Source of the DNA: Parcubacteria group bacterium Gr01-1014_8
Lineage (GTDB): Bacteria; Patescibacteriota; Minisyncoccia; Phycocordibacterales; UBA2100
Reading direction: 5' to 3'
Length of the DNA stretch: 64,000 bases
NCBI GenBank assembly: GCA_007376385.1
Contig: VMGC01000005.1
Location: forward strand, 1 to 64,000
Shown: one piece after another, positions 57,730 to 64,000 of the stretch
Layout: each line of letters opens with the position of its first letter
Numbering within the stretch: position 1 is the stretch's first letter
Made by a program: the position numbers and the translations under genes
The notes under the pieces: model-generated
What the model was told of the DNA's origin: nothing
Database searches by the model: none
What the model saw: only the letters and a program-made list of their open reading frames with translations

Positions 57730-60729
57730 ATGATAACGCGGGTTACGGTACGGGCGAAGAGAGAAGATGCTCGGGCCGATGGATACCTGCGAACTCTCAA
57801 AAATAGGTTTCCCAAGGTCAAACTGAAGGGCGTGGCTGTAACGGAGGCCTATACCATTGATGCCAAACTTTTGCCGAAGGAACTTGAAAAAATCGCGAAG
57901 GGTCTCGCAAATCCGATAATAGAAGAATATGCTACAAAGGGCGTATTAGCCCCCGAAACTTTTTCTGTAGCAGTAGAGATAGGATTCTTGCCGGGTGTTA
58001 CTGATAATGTCGGACACACGGTGAGGGAAATGATAGAGGATACGACAGGACGCAAATTTAAAGACGCCGCCGCCGTCTATACTTCGAGATTTTTGTTTCT
58101 TACGGGTTCGACAGCGACTGATGAAGCCGCAAGAATGGCGCGGGAATTTTATAACCCGCTTATCCAGCGCGCGTCGGTGCTTTCGTATTCTGAGTTTAAG
58201 AAAGGTGTACCGATCATAGTACCCAAGGTTGAACTGCACAGCACAGTAAAAACGGATGAGGTGAATTTAGAAGTCGATGACGATGAGTTGATGAGAATAG
58301 GCAAGGAGGGAATTGTGAACAAGGACAACACAAGACAAGGACCGCTCGCCCTCTCTCTTCGCGCGATGCACATCATTCGCGATTATTTTCGTACGATTGG
58401 CAGGGATCCAACTGACGTTGAACTCGAGGCACTCGCGCAGACATGGTCCGAACACTGCAAACACACGATCTTCGCCGACCCCCTGGATGAGATAGAGGAG
58501 GGAATTTACCGGCGATATATCAAAGGTGCAACGCAAAAGATACGGAAAGACAAGGGTAAGAAAGATTTCTGCGTGTCGGTATTCACCGATAACTCTGGCG
58601 GGATCGCTTTCGACGATAAATATCTCGTCACACACAAAGTCGAGACGCATAATTCGCCATCAGCTCTGGATCCATTCGGCGGCGCGATAACGGATATCGT
58701 TGGTGTGAATCGCGATTGTCTTGGGTTCGGATTAGGTGCAAAACCAATTGCAAACGTGTACGGATTTTGCGTTGCTGATCCGACTGACGAGACGCCTTAT
58801 TTTCGCGACAAAGAAAAAACACAACCGCTTCTCTCCAACCGACGAATTCTTGAAGGGATCGTTCAGGGCATCAATGCAGGTGGAAACCAGAGTGGTATTC
58901 CCACTCCTCTTGGTTTTGTTGCTGTTGACCCAAGCTTTCGCTCAAAACCTCTGGTGTATGGCGGAACGGTCGGACTTATTCCAAGAAAATCTCACGGGCG
59001 AAAGCTTCACGAAAAAGAAGCGCGCGCTGGCGATTACGTAGTGATGATAGGCGGGAAGGTTGGTCTCGACGGCATACACGGTGCCACATTTTCCTCGGAG
59101 GCCTTGGCGAAGGGTTCGCCTGCGACGGCCGTGCAGATAGGCGACCCCATTACGCAAAAGAAATTCTCCGACGCTATCGTACGAGAAGCGCGGGATGCAG
59201 GTCTTTTCAACAGCATTACCGATAACGGCGCAGGCGGACTCTCGTCGTCGGTGGGTGAGATGGCGAAAGACTCCGGTGGGTTTGTCGTCGACTTGGAAAA
59301 AGTCCCACTCAAATACCCAGGACTCTCTCCGTGGCAGATATGGATATCAGAATCGCAAGAGCGCATGACGCTCTCGGTACCGAAGTCGAAATGGAATGCG
59401 CTGAAGAAAATATTTGATAGGCACGGAGTGGACGCGTGGCGAATAGGCGAGTTCACAAAATCAGGTAAAGCAATTGTGAGGTGGAGGGGGACGAAGGTGA
59501 TGGATATGGATATGAAATTCCTTCATGACGGCCGTCCCATCGAGGAGCAGAAAAGCCAGCCAGTCTTGAGGACATTCGCGGAGCCGCTTCCTGAGGAGCG
59601 GCCGAAAGATCTAGGAAAGACGCTTGTCGAAATGCTCGCTCGGCCGTCTATTGGCAGTATCTCGTTTATCTCACAACAGTACGACCACGAAGTTCTCGCG
59701 ATGGCTGTTACAAAACCATTGCAAGGACGGGGGAGAGTGAATGCGGATTCGGGAGTAATCCAGCCGTTGCCTCACTCCAATCGCGGCGTGGTGCTCGCGC
59801 ATGGATATGCACCGTGGTATTCGAACATTGATACATATGCGATGGCAGCAGCTTCCATTGATGCGGCGATTCGAAATGCGGTTGCTGCAGGCGCATCGCT
59901 CGACCATTTGGCGATACTCGACAACTTTTGCTGGTCGAGTTCGAACGAGCCGGGGCGCTTATACGAATTGAAACGTGCAGCCGAGGCTTGCTACGACATT
60001 GCGGTTGCCTACGGCACGCCATATATATCAGGCAAGGATTCAATGTTCAATGATTTTCGAGGATATACGGAGAGTGACGTGCAGATCCACATCGCGGCGC
60101 TCCCGACGCTTCTTATTTCCGCTATCGGCGTGATTCCCGACGTCCGTAAGGCCGTCACGCTCGACGCAAAACAGCCGGGCGACCTTGTCTATCTTATCGG
60201 CGATACTAATGACGAACTCGGTGCATCCGAATATTTCACAATGCTCTCTGAACGTACATCGACCTACGAAGTCGATAGGGATGACCGACATACGATGTCG
60301 AACATTGGAAGCAATGTCCCGCGCGTGGACACGACGAAAAATATGAAAACATATAAAGCTCTTGAAAAAGCGATACAGAAAGGCCTTGTCGCATCAGCAA
60401 TCTCTGTTGGGCGCGGAGGACTTGCCGTCGCGCTCGCGAAAACTGCAATAGCAGGGAAGTTGGGAATAAACGCGGACCTGACGAAGTTGCTTGGCACTGC
60501 AGGAACGGATGACTCAAGACTGTTCTCGGAAAGCCAAGGGCGTGTTCTCGTGAGCGTAAACTCAAAGCTGAAGCGGGAATTCGAGAAATCATGTCAAGGT
60601 TCAACCTTGACATTAGTGGGCGAGGTGATGAAAAGGAATTCGCTCGAAGTAGACCTTTCGGAGAAGCGGCTGAATATTCCGCTCAAAATGCTCTCGGCAG
60701 CATATCAGAAGCCGTTCAAAAATTGGTGA
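57730..60729 (+). CDS. purL: Phosphoribosylformylglycinamidine synthase subunit PurL with fused N-terminal PurS-like region
   Basis: 999 aa. AIR-synthase-related domains ×2. A separate purQ lies downstream. Confidence 0.9.
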   Translation: MITRVTVRAKREDARADGYLRTLKNRFPKVKLKGVAVTEAYTIDAKLLPKELEKIAKGLANPIIEEYATKGVLAPETFSVAVEIGFLPGVTDNVGHTVREMIEDTTGRKFKDAAAVYTSRFLFLTGSTATDEAARMAREFYNPLIQRASVLSYSEFKKGVPIIVPKVELHSTVKTDEVNLEVDDDELMRIGKEGIVNKDNTRQGPLALSLRAMHIIRDYFRTIGRDPTDVELEALAQTWSEHCKHTIFADPLDEIEEGIYRRYIKGATQKIRKDKGKKDFCVSVFTDNSGGIAFDDKYLVTHKVETHNSPSALDPFGGAITDIVGVNRDCLGFGLGAKPIANVYGFCVADPTDETPYFRDKEKTQPLLSNRRILEGIVQGINAGGNQSGIPTPLGFVAVDPSFRSKPLVYGGTVGLIPRKSHGRKLHEKEARAGDYVVMIGGKVGLDGIHGATFSSEALAKGSPATAVQIGDPITQKKFSDAIVREARDAGLFNSITDNGAGGLSSSVGEMAKDSGGFVVDLEKVPLKYPGLSPWQIWISESQERMTLSVPKSKWNALKKIFDRHGVDAWRIGEFTKSGKAIVRWRGTKVMDMDMKFLHDGRPIEEQKSQPVLRTFAEPLPEERPKDLGKTLVEMLARPSIGSISFISQQYDHEVLAMAVTKPLQGRGRVNADSGVIQPLPHSNRGVVLAHGYAPWYSNIDTYAMAAASIDAAIRNAVAAGASLDHLAILDNFCWSSSNEPGRLYELKRAAEACYDIAVAYGTPYISGKDSMFNDFRGYTESDVQIHIAALPTLLISAIGVIPDVRKAVTLDAKQPGDLVYLIGDTNDELGASEYFTMLSERTSTYEVDRDDRHTMSNIGSNVPRVDTTKNMKTYKALEKAIQKGLVASAISVGRGGLAVALAKTAIAGKLGINADLTKLLGTAGTDDSRLFSESQGRVLVSVNSKLKREFEKSCQGSTLTLVGEVMKRNSLEVDLSEKRLNIPLKMLSAAYQKPFKNW
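60281..60300. repeat. REP-derived sequence ATGACCGACATACGATGTCG embedded in-frame in purL (encodes …DRDDRHTMS…)
   Basis: 19/23 identity to the REPs flanking the RAYT gene; lies in a segment that looks like an insertion relative to the PurL core. Confidence 0.5.
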
Positions 60730-60730
60730 T

Positions 60731-61039
60731 ATGACTGACCATCAACGCACACCTCAGGATATCGGAAAATCAATTCGCAAGGCCCGCGAGGAACTAGAAC
60801 AGGTCTTGCAAAAGGAGGGAAATGCGCACGGAGGCCTTTTCATTGACCAGAAGGTTACAAAATGGCTAGAGAATATGAGGACAAAGCACGCAAACTTTGA
60901 GAAGGTAAAAGCGTACCACATCATGGACCGTAGAGGACCACCTCCGGACGCACTAATTGATGATTTTTCCGGCGAAGATTCGGTACTTAAGTTTTTTGAC
61001 AAAATTCTGGAAGATGATCGTTCCAGCAGAAAACCATGA
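60731..61039 (+). CDS. Hypothetical protein (102 aa) between purL and purQ
   Basis: ORF only; not PurS-like. Confidence 0.35.
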   Translation: MTDHQRTPQDIGKSIRKAREELEQVLQKEGNAHGGLFIDQKVTKWLENMRTKHANFEKVKAYHIMDRRGPPPDALIDDFSGEDSVLKFFDKILEDDRSSRKP

Positions 61040-61040
61040 T

Positions 61041-61811
61041 ATGAAAAAACCTAACGTACTTGTATTTTCAGGATATGGGCTCAATTGCGAGGAGGAGACG
61101 AAAGTTGCTTTTGAGATGGCGGGGGCAAAGGCTGACATTGTTCACATCAACGACCTCATCGCGAAGCCGTCAATTCTAAAGAATTATCAGATTGCGTCGA
61201 TTCCGGGCGGATTTGCATATGGTGATGATACGGGTGCAGGGAAAGCGTACGGAAACAGAGTAAAACAGCATTTGAGCAAAGAGCTTGAGGCCTTTCTTTC
61301 CCGCGACACGTTGATGATAGCAATTTGCAACGGGTTTCAAGTTGCAACCAGTGCAGGTATTTTGCCAGGAGCTCTGATCGCGAATGATTCTGCGCGGTAT
61401 ATCTGCCGGTGGGTTGATTTAGAGGTCAAAAGTAGTAGTCCATGGCTAAAAGGGATCTCACGACTCTCCGTTCCGATCGCGCATGGGGAAGGGAAATACT
61501 TTGCAGACAAGAAAACACTTGAAAGTTTGAAGAAAAACGGCGCGCTTGCGCTTCGATATACAAAAGGAGAAATATCGAAGCATTTTGATTTGCCGGCGAA
61601 TCCAAATGGTGCACTCATGGATATAGCCGGAGTAACGGCGCGCGATGGGCGAGTTCTCGGCCTCATGCCGCATCCAGAGCGAGGAGTTAGATTTACGCAA
61701 CTTCCGCACTGGACGTACCTAAAAGAGCAATATGTTCGCGCTGGTAAGAAATTGCCCGCAGATGGTCCAGGGATTCAGATATTCAAGAATGCCGTGAAAT
61801 ATTTTAGATAA
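61041..61811 (+). CDS. purQ: Phosphoribosylformylglycinamidine synthase glutaminase subunit
   Basis: Class I GATase: IAICNGFQV (Cys) and GLMPHPER (His). Confidence 0.85.
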   Translation: MKKPNVLVFSGYGLNCEEETKVAFEMAGAKADIVHINDLIAKPSILKNYQIASIPGGFAYGDDTGAGKAYGNRVKQHLSKELEAFLSRDTLMIAICNGFQVATSAGILPGALIANDSARYICRWVDLEVKSSSPWLKGISRLSVPIAHGEGKYFADKKTLESLKKNGALALRYTKGEISKHFDLPANPNGALMDIAGVTARDGRVLGLMPHPERGVRFTQLPHWTYLKEQYVRAGKKLPADGPGIQIFKNAVKYFR

Positions 61812-61828
61812 GTTATGATGCTATCCAT

Positions 61829-62179
61829 ATGACGGACGGTAAACAAACACCTAACGCCGATCGTCGCAGTCTATCGCAACGACTCACTTTCGGGTTCTCG
61901 GATCTAAAGTTCTCAAGAACAATGTCTCATGAAAAAATGTGTGATCTCATCCGCTCGGAGTCGGAGAAAATACATGATGAACGAGCGAAATATCTGTACA
62001 TTGTTCGTTCTCTATTTGAGATCGGAGATGAACGGGGCAGAACGTTAAGCAATGAAGAACTTGCAATACTTGATAAAAGTATTAGAGGGGAACGCTTTAC
62101 AAAAGAAGAGGAAGACGTATTGTCTAAAAATGAGGCGGAATATATGAGCGATGCATTCGCAAGAACTAATACAATATGA
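61829..62179 (+). CDS. Hypothetical protein (116 aa)
   Basis: ORF only. N-terminus MTDGKQTP resembles the 102-aa ORF (MTDHQRTP). Confidence 0.3.
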   Translation: MTDGKQTPNADRRSLSQRLTFGFSDLKFSRTMSHEKMCDLIRSESEKIHDERAKYLYIVRSLFEIGDERGRTLSNEELAILDKSIRGERFTKEEEDVLSKNEAEYMSDAFARTNTI

Positions 62180-62709
62180 CTAAAATGTTTGTCGGTATTC
62201 TCATGGGTTCGGATTCGGATCTGCCGGTCATGAAAGATGCGGCGGAGGTGCTGGAACAGCTGGGTGTTGCGTCTGAAGTGCACACGCTTTCGGCCCATCG
62301 AACACCAGAATCGGTTGTTGAATATGTTCAAAAGAGCGAAGCGGCAGGGTACAAAGTATTTATATGCGGCGCCGGAGGCGCCGCTCACCTTGCCGGCGTG
62401 GTTGCGGCTCACACCGCTTTGCCGGTCATCGGTGTTCCACTTATGAGTGCAAAAATGGGCGCGGCCGGCCTCGACGCGCTGTTCGCGACCGTTCAGATGC
62501 CTCCCGGAATTCCAGTAGCCACCGTAGGCATAAATGGGGCAAAAAATGCAGGTATCCTTGCGGCGCAGATAATCGGCGCGGGGGATGAGACCATTCGAAA
62601 GAATGTCATCGCGTATAAAGAAAAAATGGCGAAGGATATTGTCGCAAAGGACGAGAAACTTCAAGAGATGGGGTTCAAAAAATATCTTGAAGATGCCGGT
62701 CTCATATGA
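62176..62709 (+). CDS. purE: N5-carboxyaminoimidazole ribonucleotide mutase
   Basis: VGILMGSDSDLPVM…GAGGAAHLAGVVAA…PVIGVP. Confidence 0.9.
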   Translation: MTKMFVGILMGSDSDLPVMKDAAEVLEQLGVASEVHTLSAHRTPESVVEYVQKSEAAGYKVFICGAGGAAHLAGVVAAHTALPVIGVPLMSAKMGAAGLDALFATVQMPPGIPVATVGINGAKNAGILAAQIIGAGDETIRKNVIAYKEKMAKDIVAKDEKLQEMGFKKYLEDAGLI

Positions 62710-63749
62710 GTGATCCAAGGTCATCATACTTAAGCGCGGGCGTAAACAGAGACACAGAGAATGAGACAAAAGAGGAGATGGCTTCCGCGCTCGAGACCAG
62801 CGACAAACGAGTGCTCAATAAGATAGGCGCATTCGCGAGTCTTTACGACGGGTCGTTTCCTGAATACAAACATCCAGTTTTGGTGCTGAAAACTGAAGAA
62901 CCCGGCACGAAACAGCTGCTCGCATTCAAGCATGGCAGCGTTGAATCTATCTGTCACGATCTGGTTAATCATCTCGTCAACGATTGCATCGTGATGGGCG
63001 CAAAGCCGCTCTCAATTCAAGATTGCATAGTGTGCGGCAAGGTTGAGAAACCCATCGTTCTACGCATGGTGAACGCGTTCGCAGAAGCCGCGAAAAACAA
63101 TGAATGTACATTAACGGGAGGTGAGACATCGTGGCAGCCAAAGGTGATCCCAGAAGGCACATACATTCTGACGGCGAGCATTGTTGGCGTTGTCGAGAAA
63201 GAACGCATCATCGATGGCTCAAAAATACAAGAGGGCGATACAGTATTAGCGCTCGCATCAAGCGGAGTGCATACCAATGGAATTTCGCTTGTGCGAAAAA
63301 TTCTGGAAGATTCGCCGGATATTTTGAACGAACAAGTTAACGGCAAGCCTTTCATCGATGCGGTGCTTACTCCTCATCGAGCCTACTACACGGCTCTTAA
63401 GGGTCTATTCCCGCGAGATGAACTCGTCGGATTGGCGCACATTACGGGCGGCGGGATTCAAGAGAATTTGAACAGGATACTTCCCGATGGGCTCAGTGCT
63501 CAAATTGAGCTTCCCAACATCCGTATTCTTCCAATATTTAAGACGTTGAAGAAATTTGGCACGCTCGAAGAGAGCGATATGCTTCGCACATTCAATATGG
63601 GAGTTGGCGTTACGGCAGTAGTAAGACCGGAGTTCGTATCCGACGCAATCGCACATTTGAAACGATCAGGAATCAGCGCCTACGAGATAGGCACGATAAA
63701 GGCGGGAAATGGGCATGTCGAATTTACAGGTGCTCTCAATTGGAGTTGA
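62706..63749 (+). CDS. purM: Phosphoribosylformylglycinamidine cyclo-ligase (AIR synthetase)
   Basis: PurM N- and C-domains (…GIGGFASL…, …HITGGG…). Confidence 0.9.
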   Translation: MSDPRSSYLSAGVNRDTENETKEEMASALETSDKRVLNKIGAFASLYDGSFPEYKHPVLVLKTEEPGTKQLLAFKHGSVESICHDLVNHLVNDCIVMGAKPLSIQDCIVCGKVEKPIVLRMVNAFAEAAKNNECTLTGGETSWQPKVIPEGTYILTASIVGVVEKERIIDGSKIQEGDTVLALASSGVHTNGISLVRKILEDSPDILNEQVNGKPFIDAVLTPHRAYYTALKGLFPRDELVGLAHITGGGIQENLNRILPDGLSAQIELPNIRILPIFKTLKKFGTLEESDMLRTFNMGVGVTAVVRPEFVSDAIAHLKRSGISAYEIGTIKAGNGHVEFTGALNWS

Positions 63750-63750
63750 T

Positions 63751-64000
63751 ATGGCCGACGTGCTCAAAGAGACAAATTTTACATGGCTTGGAAAGAAAAA
63801 GGCCGGAAAGGTGCGCGATATTTATGACCAAGGAGACAAACTTATTTTAATAACGACGGACAGGCATTCATCCTTTGACCGCATCATCGCGCACATACCG
63901 TGGAAGGGACAGGTATTGAATCAGATAAGTGCGTGGTGGTTCGAGAAAACGAAAGACATCATATCGAACCACGTCATCAGCATTCCAGACCCGAATGTGA
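63751..64000 (+). CDS. purC: SAICAR synthetase, 5' fragment (runs off the window end)
   Basis: GKVRDIY…LILITTDRHSSFD matches the PurC N-terminus. Confidence 0.8.
   Translation, partial: MADVLKETNFTWLGKKKAGKVRDIYDQGDKLILITTDRHSSFDRIIAHIPWKGQVLNQISAWWFEKTKDIISNHVISIPDPNV

Noticed and set aside
1-64000. tRNA, rRNA, tmRNA, RNase P and SRP RNA genes
   Set aside because: Scanning intergenic regions by eye found no cloverleaf-compatible GTTCGAATCC-type T-arms and no conserved motifs of these RNAs. tRNAscan/Infernal would be needed to be certain.

Overview
This looks like a dense bacterial chromosomal window. Short RpoB (1060 aa) and SMC (735 aa), C-terminal extensions on L32 and S16, no rimM between the KH-protein gene and trmD, and several fused genes suggest a small-genome CPR/Patescibacteria-like lineage; that is inference only. 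Core genes present: thrS, dnaE, rnhB, rpmF, a nusB-NUDIX fusion, rnc, an SMC-like ATPase, rpsP, a KH protein, trmD, rpoB-rpoC, dnaG-rpoD, hisS, a glyA-thyA-dcd-folA thymidylate cluster, and a purL-purQ-purE-purM-purC cluster (purC truncated at the window end). Accessory content is richer than the ORF track suggests. (1) A six-gene complex-I/group-4-hydrogenase-like membrane module whose NuoB-like and NuoD/HycE-like subunits lack every Fe-S and NiFe ligand cysteine (Ehr-like, apparently redox-dead). (2) Two paralogous copies of a roughly 100-nt structured element with compensatory substitutions in three hairpins, one copy directly upstream of that operon. (3) Five copies of a roughly 103-bp element with conserved 17-bp inverted-repeat arms (TATACCCCGTGAGATAA) and unrelated interiors of constant length, all abutting start codons. 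(4) A REP-associated tyrosine transposase (RAYT) flanked by REP palindromes, with one REP copy embedded in-frame in purL. (5) A putative T-box leader upstream of thrS. (6) A five-fold repeated GTTGACTCCCCTTG promoter-like motif upstream of a block of hypothetical genes, which appear to be leaderless. (7) Two tandem paralogous tyrosine-rich repeat surface proteins ending in a sortase-like [IM]PYTG + TM + basic tail signal. No rRNA, tRNA or CRISPR array was found.
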